Shown: one piece after another, positions 11,290 to 23,764 of the stretch
How the letters are laid out: each line of letters starts with the position of its first letter
How positions within the stretch are numbered: position 1 is the stretch's first letter
Origin: Octopus sinensis
Lineage: Eukaryota
Assembly: GCF_006345805.1 (NCBI RefSeq)
Contig: NC_043010.1
Coordinates: 43,648,001 to 43,712,000 of the forward strand
Reading direction: 5' to 3'
DNA: 64,000 bases
Notes under the pieces: generated by a model
What the model saw: only the letters and a program-made list of their open reading frames with translations
Told to the model about the DNA's origin: nothing
The model's database searches: none
Program-made: the position numbers and the translations under genes

Positions 11290-12864
11290 CTGAAAACAAT
11301 ATAGAAAGACAACAAGGTAATGGTGTTAGTAGGAGAGGTTAGACAGGTAAAGGCAGAGGATGAAATATTGTAACTGAATAAATCAGGGGATGTTAAGTTA
11401 AGAGCAGTTAAAAGTACTTAGGAACAAGACAAGAGATGGTGAAAAAATGAAAAAGCAGAAAATGAAAAAATTGAAAAACATGAAAAAGAGTGAACAGCTG
11501 AGAATTTTAGTCAGCACATTATGAAAAGAATAACTTGTGTCCTTGGATTTTATACTGAGATGTCCTAAGATGTATCTTTTAATTGCATCCTGTAAGTTCA
11601 TCCAGGGTATATATATTCTGCAAGATTTTTCCCTGCATCAGATAAACACTTTCAACCAACTAATAATTATGGCCAGATTTTTAAACGATGCATGACTCGC
11701 CTTTGCCACAAGTAGTAACCTAACCCAAAATATTGCAGTAAACAATAATAGGGCAGGGGCAAAGAATTCAATAATAAAAACCGAGTAAAAATGGATAATG
11801 AAATTAATATTGATTTCGGATTTTGGCACAAGGCCAGCAAGTCCAGGGGAGTAGATAAGTCAATTACATCAACTCCAGTGCTCAACTGCTACTTATTTTA
11901 TTGACCCCGAAAGGATGAAAGACAAATTCAACCTTGACAGAATTTGAACTCAGAATATAATGACGGACAAACTGCTGCTAAGCATTTTGCCTGGTGTGTT
12001 AATGATTCTGCCAGCTCACCGCCTTAATGATGAAATTAATATTAATAGTAATTATATGAGAGGTGGTAATAGCAACTATGCACATATATTGAATCTAAGG
12101 GGATTATAAACAACCAATGACTAACTACGTGAGTGAAAACAATGAACCTACAGTAGAGGGTGTAAGGGAAATAACTGAACCCAGACCAGACATTTAATGT
12201 AACTCTAAGAAATATTGAATGTAGTAATACACAAAATCTAGTGTATAGTCAAACTAACAATACTAGTGGGATAACAAGTAATGATATAGACGAGATACCT
12301 AATTCTTCTGCCAGTAGCAAGCATAGGGTTAATATCATCAAACATCTTTATAGCTGAAGAGCTGCCCAGGTTCCATGTCTGTTTAGGCATGGTTTCTGTG
12401 GCTGGATGCTCTTTCTAATGCCAACCACTTTACAGAGTGTACTGGGTGCTTTATGCAGCACTGGTACGAGTGCTTTTATGTGGGACCAGCACAGGTGTTT
12501 TTTACATGGCACCAGCACCCATGAGCCTGCAAGATTAGGATTGCTCAGCTGAAGAGGGGCATAGGGACATGCCTGTATGCAAAGATAATCATGATTTCAC
12601 TTAGATTGATGTGTCTTCTCAAGCACAAGTGCTTCAACTCATAACACTGATAAAATATACCGTCTAATGATAGCTATTTAGTTAGACAGACTGAGTTGTT
12701 GAGGATTAAGTGCAATACAAGTGACACAGTGCATTTCACCTACTTTCATACCTTTTGAACTCAGACATTTCCTGCTCTAAAATATTATCTTTTATCAAGT
12801 GTCAACTACACAAATCTATTGATATAACTCCATTGTTCTGGTTGAAAGTTCAAAGTTAACATAC

Positions 12865-12960
12865 CAAAGTTTTGCCTTTCGAAACAGAAGTCGTTGATTT
12901 TGTTGCATTCTTCAACTGCTGTTTTTCCCGCCGGCGTTGACCACTAACACTCACCTTTTT
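12865..12960 (-). CDS. THAP-BTB gene, coding exon 3 (KKVSVSGQRRREKQQLKNATKSTTSVSKGKTL), basic linker or NLS-like segment
   Basis: Acceptor ttttttgcag, 96 nt open in phase 0/0, donor TTG|gtatgt. A basic stretch directly after the THAP domain is typical. Confidence 0.8.
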
Positions 12961-15701
12961 CTGCAAAAAATAAATGACAACATAAGAATAATTAGCAATG
13001 TTTTAGATTGACTTATGAGGAAGTTGCTGTGTAATCTAAATAAAGTGTTGACCATATGTTATGAGATTAAGTAGTCATTGATCTGCAAAATTAGAATGGT
13101 TTAGCTGGCTTCTTTTATGAAGGCTCAACATGATATGTTTCAAACAATTGTCTTAACTATAATCCAGCTTTACATCATGTTCCTTGTTAAGCAGCTAAAG
13201 TTTTTTTGTTTGTTTGTTTGTTTGTTTGTTGTTTTTTCTTTTTTGGGGTTGTTTTTTTTTCATGGTTTAGTCAGAAGAGAAAAGTGAATATCCTTGATTT
13301 ATGTAGGACCTCTGGCATTGGTAAAAGAAAAAGAAGAAACCATAGTTCATCTGTTGTTGCAGTAGATATCATATTATTTATCTTCAAGCTAAGGACTTAG
13401 CTCAAATGCTTGCAACAGTGAGTTTCACTAAAGGTATCCAAGAATCAGCTGGGGTGTTACACTGGATAATGCATCACTTAGAATTTATATCCAAACGAGC
13501 GGAGAGAAGATGGCAGCAATAATTCATTTAAGGTTGTATTTCAATCTAGGTTCTGCTTATTTTATTGAAAACTAATAGAAATAAAAATACTTTAAGACAT
13601 GTCGTAATGGTGGTGGTGGTAATAGAACAATGCTCTGTTGTTCATAACAGTGCTATATGTTTATTAGAACTGTGTTGGGTAGGTGGTGAGCTGGCAGAAA
13701 CATTAGCACGCCGGGCGAAATGCTTAGCAGTATTTCGTCTGCCACTACATTCTGAGTTCAAATGCCACCGAGATCAACTTTGCCTTTCATCCTTTCGGGG
13801 TCAATTAAATAAGTACCAATTACGCAATGGAGTCGATATAATTGACTTGATCCGTTTGTCTGTCCTTGGTTGTTCCCTCTGTGTGTAGCTCCTTGCGGGC
13901 AGTAAAAGATAAGTACTGTGTTGGGTAGAACAAACTTGATGCCCAGAGTAAAACAGTAATACAACTTAAACCCAAACACAAATAGCCTAAATATTTTCAT
14001 GCAACCAAAGATCTTTACCACTAACACTCAAGTAATGTATAAAACCAATGAAAAAACTTCTACATGGTCCCTCAACTTGCAAGAATTTCCCTTACATCAC
14101 ACCCTACCATCTTCTTAAAAAGAAAGAATGCACTAAATAATGCAGTCTTAGACCTATTCTACAAAAGCAACAAGATGCCTTTGACTGACCAGGACAAAAA
14201 ACAACACTGGTGTATATAATTCCCAAGATTTTTCTACTCTTGTATATTTATGCTATTAAAAGTGACTTTAATAATTTTTGATGTTCTATGGTGTTATTGG
14301 TAGGTGTTACATAGAGTATGTTTGTTCAAGGCCAGATTTCAATGTGATCTATATTGTATTGGAATAGTTGTACTGCTTAATATGGAGAATAGTAGAATGA
14401 GATAACTGTGGTGTTTTCTGCATATGAATCTATGTGCATTTTATAACAGTATGTTAAAACACATTGTGCCTGAAAAAAGAGAGAATAATTAGTTAGAAAA
14501 CCATGAGTTCCTGTAGTATAAAGGACAAAAATTCTCTTACCTTACACTCTGGGAACAACTTCAAATGAACTCTTCAATTGCTAACTTGAATTTGCAATGC
14601 AACTCAAAGATCCTCACTACCCCAACGCACCAGCCAGAAGCTGGAATATGCAGAGACTCCAGCTGCATGTTAATTCCATCCCAGCCTGTATGATATAATA
14701 TATACTTGTTCAGCTCCCAAAAATCCAGACTTTATTTTTCATTGACAGAACCACTGCCATCATTGGCAACACACTGCTCTTTACCTCCTCTTTCCAACAC
14801 ATCAAGATACGTTCTACAATCCATCTGTTCCCCTTCTCTCTCAAACTTTCTCTGGCCTTTTTTTTCAATATATGCTCATAGCTGACCTTATTTCTCAATG
14901 TCAGGGATCTTCCCTTCCAGAACCATTTTGGTGCCCATCACTTGCCAGCAAACTCAATCTGGAAATAATAACTTCGATTCTATCAATGGCATTCCTTTCT
15001 TTAGAGTTCAATCCATCGATCCCACAGCCATAATTTTCCACTGCATGTTCAGGTGAACTCAGCAATTGAAAGTTAAGTATTTTGGTCATGGACACAATGC
15101 AAACCTTCCAGCATGTTGGCTGAACTATCCAATACCTCACTGATTCAGCTAATTGTTCTCTCTATGAAATATGTATCATAGTAATTATTTATAAGTAAGG
15201 TAACCAAAATGAATAAATAATCTATCTTGTTACTCATCTGATTGACATGAAATGACTCACAGACATGAGTCAACCTTTGACCTACAGGTGAACTGTCTCC
15301 TCTCCGCCTTTTCTATCACTACCATAATGGCCTCTGTTCTTCAAACTTGACTAGCTTTGTACCTCCATCAGATACTCCCAACCAAATCATCTTTCCACTT
15401 CATCAAACTTGTGTCCAGCTCCCATCCTAAGCCCTGCACAAACCACTATGCTTAGCCTTCTTCCTCAGAATACCATTCTTCTGAAATATCCACCCTGCTT
15501 ATGTCTTTCCTTCAGGTGTCAACTTGCAACACTTTAAACAGCATATTATTGGCATCAATCTCACTAGTATTGCAAAACCTATTAAGGCCATCAAAACAGA
15601 TACTTCTAGACCCAGGAGTAAAAGGGAAAAAAGCATGATATAATCACTGTAGTTGACTATATTCTTGTACAAATAATAAAAATATACAAACACTCCCTTA
15701 C

Positions 15702-15903
15702 TTTCATATGTGGTGGAAAATCAAAGATCGATGGAACAGCACCATCTCTAAGACGTGTTGTTTGTCCAGTACGGTCAAAACATTCTTCTGTAAAATGCTC
15801 ACTACACAGATATGTTTTATGCTCTGGTACCCAAATTTTACCATTCACTTGGTACTTGAGGGCATATGCCCACTCTTTTCTTCGTTTCAAATCCTTAGGA
15901 AAA
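15702..15903 (-). CDS. THAP-BTB gene, coding exon 2, C-terminal half of the THAP domain
   Basis: Acceptor tttgtag|T (phase 2 gives TG|T = Cys, FHCFPKD). Translation is FPKDLKRRKEW...YLCSEHF...RLRDGAVPSIFDFPPHMK, with THAP invariant P, W, CxxH-F and the AVPxIF box. Donor AAA|gtaagg (phase 0). Confidence 0.93.
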
Positions 15904-16257
15904 CTACAAATAGAGAAAGTAGTTGTCAAATGTTAGAAAAACTGAAGAAAAGGAAGGCAAATGAACAAGAGCCTCTTATATGAATCAAAGATAAGAAATA
16001 CATTAAGGGAGATAACTTGTACTAGGAGGGAATAGGAACAAACCACTAAGTAAACACGTGAAACTAGACAGTCAAGTTAAAATAAAAAGCAAGTAAGTAG
16101 CGAGAGAGACAAAAGGATTAAATATAAACCTTCAAGCAACTAAAAATAGCTGAAAGATATTATTAATCACATGTTTAGAGATCAGAACATTTTCAATAAT
16201 TAAATCTATACTACAATCAGTCAGATCATCAATCATCATTGGATGCCTTATTACTGG

Positions 16258-16660
16258 ATACTCTTTTACTTGTTTCAGCCATTTGACTGCGGCCATGCTG
16301 GAGCACCGCCTTTAGTCGAGCAAATCGACCCCATGACTTATTCTTTGTAAGCCTAGTACTTATTCTATCGGTCTCTTTTGCCGAACTGCTAAGTTACAGG
16401 GATGTAAACACACCAGCATCGGTTGTCAAGTGATGTTGGGGGGGGACAAACACAGACACATAAACATATACACACACATACATATATATATACATATATA
16501 CGACGGGCTTCTTTCAGTTTCCATCTACCAAATCCACTTACAAAGCTTTGGTCTGCCCGAAGCTATAGTAGAAGACACTTGCCCAAAGTGCCACGCAGTG
16601 GGACTGAACCCGGAACCATGTGGTTGGTAGGCAAGCTACTTACCACACAGCCACTCCTGT
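16258..16660 (-). mobile_element. tRNA-derived SINE family B, full length. Others: 42497-42870(+), 56950-57345(+), a split copy at 51588/53065, and partial copies at ~21590, 22475, 25215 and 32108.
   Basis: Head ggagtggctgtgtggtaagtagcttgc...ggttccgggttcagtccc with A and B boxes, internal (TA)/(TG) microsatellite, and tail gactgaaacaagtaaaagag. Confidence 0.92.
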
Positions 16661-16867
16661 GCCTTTATACAAATTGATCTCAACTAGAATCCTCTATTTC
16701 ATAATTGATAGTAAAAACGTTCTTAACCAGTAGTTCACAGATGTTTGTACACTAGTTATAAAATAAAGATTATCTACGTCAGTTTAGAAATAAAAATTAC
16801 TAGTTCAAATTCAATTTGATATTATTTCCTAATCCAGATGTAAGAAACTTGATCATGAGTGGAGATC

Positions 16868-17119
16868 ATTATCAGGTATCTTGTTTTTGGCAGTGTGGGG
16901 GTAACTATTAAAAATAATTTTTCATATAGTATTATCAGGTATCTTGTTTTTGGCAGTGTGGGGGTAACTATTAAAAATAATTTTTCATATAGTATTATCA
17001 GGTATCTTGTTTTTGGCAGTGTGGGGGTAACTATTAAAAATAATTTTTCATATAGTATTATCAGGTATCTTGTTTTTGGCAGTGTGGGGGTAACTATTAA
17101 AAATAATTTTTCATATAGT
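16868..17119. repeat. Perfect 63-bp minisatellite, 4 copies, intronic
   Basis: Unit attatcaggtatcttgtttttggcagtgtgggggtaactattaaaaataatttttcatatagt is repeated four times with no differences I can see. Confidence 0.97.
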
Positions 17120-17328
17120 CTAAAAATTTAATCCTAACAATTCATCTCATACATTTAGACATTGAGTGGTAAGTGTTAATAAAAACTACCCAAGTATAAA
17201 AATACTTGCTGAAACAATTCCTGTAGAAATTAAAAATTGGGAAATCAAGCAACCAATGCTACAATGGAATAATTTAAAATTAGCATAAACTGTATGAAAA
17301 CAAAATGAATATTCCAAAGCATACTGAC

Positions 17329-17408
17329 CAGTGAAATGTGATGCCTTGCTCACGTGCTTTTCGGTCACTACGATGTGTACATTTATATGCTGCACAGGAT
17401 GTTGGCAT
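17329..17408 (-). CDS. THAP-BTB gene, coding exon 1 (MPTSCAAYKCTHRSDRKAREQGITFH), N-terminal half of the THAP zinc finger
   Basis: Acceptor tttgcag at 17449-17450 (exon starts 17448), ATG at 17408, donor TG|gtcagt (phase 2). Contains the CxxxxC motif typical of a THAP N-terminus. Confidence 0.9.
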
Positions 17409-17453
17409 AACTTTATCTTACTCTCCCAGCTGCTGCAGCTAGACTCATCTGCA

Positions 17454-17489
<36 letters not shown>

Positions 17490-18759
17490 GATAACAATGA
17501 TTTCTTACAGTGTCACAATATTCAAATTAGTAGGGAAGGAAGTCTAGTGAACTAAATCTACAAATAGTAAATGACTGGCTAGATAAAAGACCATGACCCA
17601 AATTACTCTAAATCTTGAACTGAGCAAGTAACCCTATTTAGACAGATGGACAAGAATAAGTGGCATGTAAACAACACAATTCAGACAAACAATATATGAA
17701 GTGTAAACAGATAAGGGAACTTAATGTCTTTGTCAACATGAGTTGACCAATTTGTCAACAACCTTTTATTCATGAAACACCAAAATCAGATTGGGTCTTT
17801 TCTGGCAGGATTAACAAGAACAGCTCACTCAATGTTGAAGAAGTTGACAAATTCAAATTTGCCAAGTGATAAGACCACAGAGGCCAAGAAAATGCCGAAT
17901 ACTAGTTACTTGATGGTTTAGTCAGAAGAAATAAAACTGACATTTGCAAGACATTGTGGACTAGTGAAATCGATACAGTTTATGTTGAGCTTGGAAAATT
18001 TTTTGTTACCAGTTTTCATGTTTCATACAACTGCAATTACAATTCTGAAAGACTTCATGATATTTTCCTTTCTATTATACCCACTTCGCTTGCAAGGCAG
18101 ATGTAAAAGTAAAACTTACTGGGAAAATAATAGAATTGAGAAGAGCAGCATGCTAAAACGTAAAATACTGAATTTTAGGACAAAAAATTCTTTCATGGAA
18201 GGAAGGAAACACCTTGCCTTTTTTTCTTTCTCCATGAGGTAGTGATGGCTATTCCAAAAGTCCACCAATCAGAGATTACAATCATCTCACAAGATGGACG
18301 TAATAGTAAAACTTCACCAACTTTGGTGGGGGGTTATTTTGGTTTAAACATTCCATATAACCCCTCATAACTGTTATATTTTGGAGGAATTTTCAGAAAA
18401 TCTTTGCGAATTTGTCTTACACACTGGAATTCATACGACTATACCAGAATAAATATTTTTTGTGTGTCTAGCACATCTCACGACCACTTGATACCTTCCT
18501 CGTTTCTTTATCACTCTAACAATTATTGATGTTTTTCAATATTTTTCTCCCTATAAACACATTTAATGGAATAATGATGTACCCAAGGGTGGTCCATTGT
18601 TGGGATTTAAGCAAAAGATTCGGTCTGTCCGTATTTGAAACTTTGATTTTTTTTTAATCGAAAAGAGGGGAACTTTTAAGATTTGTGGGAAGGAGGGTAA
18701 AAAAATTTTTAATAGCATAATCGTATGAATTCCCATGTATAGAACAGAAATACGCTTAC

Positions 18760-19450
18760 AAGAGGTAGTGGATGCCCGATGCGAAACACAACGGTAAACA
18801 TATGCAAAAATAATCATTTCTTTGCGGTTTAAATTTTTTTTTTCTTTAATTACTAAATTTATTGGCTAGAGAGCAGAATACTTTAAAAATAAAAAATACA
18901 CTGACTTGATAGATTCTTCTTTTCGATAGTATTAGACTTGCAAAACAACTTGGAAAAAACGGAAGATTTAGAACCGTAAACAAACATAGCCACACGTTGA
19001 ACAGGAGAATTACCGGAAGTGTAATATACTCTAAATTATCTATCTCCAGTATTGAAGAACTCAGCCAAATTCGTCTGCTTTCAGTTATACTGTTACGGTT
19101 ATTAATTATGTCAATACTTCGCAAGGGAGCGCTTGCTAAGTGTAGTAAATATTCCTTGTGTATATGTCTAATTGTTTTTGTTGTAGGGCAGCAAAATGAA
19201 ATTGTACGACTTTCTTGCCGTTTTAGACTCTTCCTTCTTCAGCTTTCATGTACTTGACGAAAGTTAATAACAATGATCTTGATAAATACGGGTGACAATT
19301 CCAGACACATTTTTGTCTTATTGAAGCTCCTAGGCGAAACAAAATTTTTCCTACTTGCGAGATAAGGGATAAGTGAACTAGTATATTCACGTACAATAAT
19401 GTATACGTGTAGGTGTCAAAAATCGCCCAGAGACGCAATCTTCTGTCACA
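18760..19450 (-). promoter_or_regulatory. Candidate promoter and non-coding first exon of the THAP-BTB gene
   Basis: Locally CpG-enriched, unique-looking sequence with an ETS-type motif ACCGGAAGTG at 19012-19021. A minus-strand donor CTT|gtaagc at 18759-18758 could splice to the 17448 acceptor. Confidence 0.5.
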
Positions 19451-20639
19451 ATGATGATATTTAACACATCATGAACATTATTGTACATTAATATAATGAT
19501 TTCAAATTTTGCCACGAGGGCAGCGACTATGGGGAGGGGATGAGTCGAATGCATCAACCCAGTGTTCAACTGGTACTTATTTTATCGACCCCTAAAGGAT
19601 GAAAGATAAAGTCGACCTCAGTGGAATTTGAACTCAGAACGTAGAGGCAGGTGAAATACCTATTTCTTTATTACCCACAAGGGGCTAAACACAGAGGGGA
19701 CAAACAAGGACAGACATAGGTATTAAGTCGATTACATCGACCCCAGTGCGTAATTGGTACTTAATTTATCGACCCCGAAAGGATGAAAGGCAAAGTCGAC
19801 CTCGGCGGAATTCGAACTCACAACGTAACGCAGACGAAATACCGCTAAGCATTTCGCCCGGCGTGCTAACGTTTCTGCCAGCTCACCGCAGGTGAAATAC
19901 CGCTAAGCTTTTCATCAGCAGTACTTCACTGAAAGAAGAGGCCTGATAAGATTGGGAAATGGGCATTCCTTCAGAGAGAGGTCTTTCCACACACATTTAT
20001 ACACTATCCATGCTCTACAATATTAATAAATTTTACTGCTATTTCTAGCATGTTTGACAAAACTTATGGAAGTCAGCAAACTGCACCAATTCCTGCTGTT
20101 TGCATTGATATAATTTTTATGGCTGGATGGCTTCCTATGCTAACCATTTTACAGAGTGTACAGGGTGCTTTTTACATGGCACCAACAGCAGTGAGGTCAC
20201 CAATTAACTTACAAGACTTCTCAGTTGAGGTGGGGAGTAGTATTGAGGGACAGAAAAAAAAAAGGAGTCTGGCATTTGAGAGGAAACCTGGCTACCATAG
20301 GTGGAGAGAGAAGAGAGAGAAGACAGTGAAGATGTAACAGGAAAGAGAGTGAGTGAACCAGGGATTATCGAGGATGTAAGATTGCAAAAGAAGAATAGTA
20401 GGTGGATGGTGGGGGTATAATGAATGATCAAAGATAGAGGGAGGGACATTGGGAGAATTGGTTGAGGGAAAAATGATCAACAGGGACATAGTGTGTGCTA
20501 GTAGGTATGTGAAGGAGATCAGAGGGGAATACAAAGGATGGAAAGCATGAGAAAGAAAGGGTGTTGGGAAGCTGGGTTGTGGAGGAGGTTTGTTAGGGGA
20601 CAGACTGTGTGTAGGAGGTGGGGAGGCATGGACATATAG

Positions 20640-21070
20640 GGCATGCCTATATGGCTTCGATTTTACTTAGCTGGGTGGGTCTTCTCAAGCACACAAATCA
20701 TCAGTTGTCTTGGTCCTTTGTCATGTCCTCTGTGAAGTTCAACATCTGAGAATCATTTCTCACCACTTCATCCCACATCTTCCAAAGTCTCTATCTTCCA
20801 GATGACACACTGAGATCTCAGCACTTATTTATGCAGTTACCCTTACCCATATGCATCACATGACCATACCAGTACCGGCTTCTCTTTTGACACTATATTT
20901 AATTCCTCTTACACCCAGTTTTTCTCTTAAAACATTTACACTTTGTAGTACCTGTGCACTAACATTACACATCCAGTGGAGCATGTTGGCTTCATTTCTT
21001 TCAAACCTTTGTATTCCTCTGTTGTCACAACCCATGTTTCACAACCATGTAGCATAGCTATCCATAGATA
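20640..21070 (-). mobile_element. Decayed RTE LINE fragment
   Basis: Nucleotide similarity to 28170-28560 (gtcttctcaagcac, ccacttcatcccacatcttcc, acatgaccatacca, acattacacatcca). Confidence 0.7.
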
Positions 21071-21096
21071 GGCTCCATACATGAACAGCTATGCTC

Positions 21097-21129
<33 letters not shown>

Positions 21130-22659
21130 CTGTGTGTCTGTGTGTTTCATTATATACACTACTATGTTCAGTTTTTATCATTTTATATTTTCAAATTTTC
21201 TCACTAGCTATTTACTGTTGGTTTGGAACAGTAGAGTTCCTAAATCTATACCCAAATTTTGTACACCTTCACAATCTCATTTTCAAGAATTGAATTGAAT
21301 ATATTTGATGTTTGTGTTGTTTCTTATATACTGACTGAATTCATGTAGTCTTTCCTCCTGATGGTTTGTTGACCATTATGCATCTGCAGTCAAACATTGA
21401 TTTATTTATCAAGGTCGGATTTTGACTGCTAAATTTTTTGTTTTATGTCAATAAACACAAGTTAATTTTTCAGTTCAACAAAATATATTTTGCTCAAATG
21501 TTTATTCACTCTCAGACTTATCATTAATTTCTTTATTCAAAGTGGCCAGACATTTTTTCTTTGTTCTTGTCACTCCTGGAATATGTATTTTTTTTTTTTC
21601 ATTTCAGTCATAAGACTGCAACCATGCTAGGGTGCCACCTTGAAGAATTATAGTCAAATGATTGATCCCAGTATTTATTTTGCTTTTTACCAAACCACTA
21701 AGTTATGGAGATATAAGCACCCCAACACCAGTTGTCAAGCAGGGTGGGGGACAAACACAGACACAAAGACACATACATACACATAGATATATGGCCTTGT
21801 GGCTAGGCTTTTATGACCACAATACATTTCCCATAACGATAACAATCCTATTCTTTCTTCTTTCTTACTTTCACTTTCTCCTTTCCTTCCTACTCCTCAA
21901 CTCTAAACCACACCCACTCTTGCATATTTTGGGTCTCACTCTTTGCTATATTGCTCATTGTTTATCTAAACTTACTTCCTTGATTATTTTGTTGCTTTAA
22001 TTTTTTTGTACTGTAGTAGGTAGGCATGTTGTCATTCCTTTTCAGTTGGACTCACCATTGAGTTGTGGCTGGCTTAGAAATTCTGTGCGGCAATGTAAAC
22101 TTCATTAAGGTAATCTCAGCCTAACGATTAGCTATGTTGGATAGAGTTCATTGTGCAACACTTGCATAATGAGCTTCAGCTAGTTATGAAGCATATATAA
22201 CATATATTTTATTTATTCCACTCCCTCAATTTGGACTTTTATTCACATTTTTATCAGCCTTAGTTGCTAACAGTGAGTAATATAGAAACTATTTGCTTAT
22301 CAAATTTCTTTGAAACTTTGATATGGGAAAAAGTGTTGGGAAAAATTGTTTCTATATCTTTTCATAAACTGCCCACTTTTTGTTCTCAATACCAGTTGCT
22401 TACTATTTGAAGCTTATAAACTTCCTACACTTAGATCCTGGATCATTTTTGTATATATATATATATATTCTTTTATTTGTTTCAGTCATTTGACTGCAGC
22501 TATGCTGGAGCACCACCTTTAGTCAAGCAAATTGACCCCATTACTTATTCTTTGTAAGCCTAGTACTTATTCTATCACTCTCTTTTGCCAAACCGCTAAG
22601 TTACGGGGACTTAAATACAACAGTATCAGTTTGTCAAGCAATGTTGGGGAGGACAAACA

Positions 22660-22660
22660 T

Positions 22661-22734
<74 letters not shown>

Positions 22735-23260
22735 TATATACACACACACACACATACATTATACATATATATATTTATATATATATATATATACGAGCAC
22801 ATTTACATATATATATACAATACACGCTTACACACGTACAAACACACACGAATTTACATACACACCGACACATATACATACACACAACATATACCTCCAC
22901 GCACACATACACATACGTACATACATATAAGCACAGACACACACATACATACGCACACCAAAACATGCGCACACATACATACATGCACACAATTATACAT
23001 ATATGCACATACAAGCACACACACACACACCCACACATACACTTAGTTAAGCACAGTTACTCGCCATACACACAAAAAAACGCACACGTACACACACACA
23101 TACTACAACAAAACACACACACGAGACATATACACGCACACACACATTCCTCCCTGTTTCTGACCTGCCTTCCTGACTCCCTACTGCTGCTTGCCACTAA
23201 CCTTTGCCCACCATATACACACATACACACACACGCTCACACTCACACACACACCCTTGT
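22660..23260. repeat. Compound (TA)n/(CA)n/(CATA)n microsatellite
   Basis: Direct reading of the sequence. Confidence 0.95.
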
Positions 23261-23269
23261 CATCTCGCA

Positions 23270-23556
23270 CACCGTTGTTTACCATTCCTTCTTTGATTCC
23301 GCTCTCCTGTTTTTGAAAACCTGCTCCTTCTTTTTTACCACTTCCGCCTTTTCAGTATGTGACCTCGTGAAGACCACTAGCATTTTTTTTCCCTCTGTCC
23401 TCCCACCTCGGGATCTTTCTTTCTCCTATGTTTCCGACGAAGAGCTCCGCTCGAAACGTCATACCCTCCTTCTTCCCTTCTTTCCTGAGCGCCCAATAAT
23501 ACTTTATTTGTTCCACATCCTCGCGTTGTTGTCTTTTTGTTTTCTTGTTTGGATTA

Positions 23557-23560
<4 letters not shown>
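23270..23560. repeat. Possible Penelope-like terminal-repeat fragment
   Basis: ccgacgaagagctccgctcgaaacgt resembles the 'gacgaag...cgaaacgt' motif of Penelope-like LTRs. No coding evidence. Confidence 0.35.
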
Positions 23561-23637
<77 letters not shown>

Positions 23638-23764
23638 GTGTGTGTGTTTACATGTAGTGTACATACCATGTTGAGTCTAAGTTTTTTCTTATTTCAACCT
23701 TTTATTAACTATTTAAACAAATTACATATGAAAAGCATTTATTCATCATAATATATCCAATCAT

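Noticed and set aside
14700-15140. Moderately GC-rich block with short minus-strand ORFs, possibly LINE-derived
   Set aside because: I could not match any diagnostic RT or endonuclease motif with confidence.
16859-17131. 90-aa ORF with a 21-aa repeat
   Set aside because: A by-product of a stop-free 63-bp tandem unit. It is intronic and antisense to the host gene and has no coding signature.
22641-23657. 338-aa His/Thr/Tyr/Ile-rich ORF
   Set aside because: Translation of (TA)n/(CA)n microsatellite. The many similar YI/CV/HT ORFs elsewhere are the same artefact.
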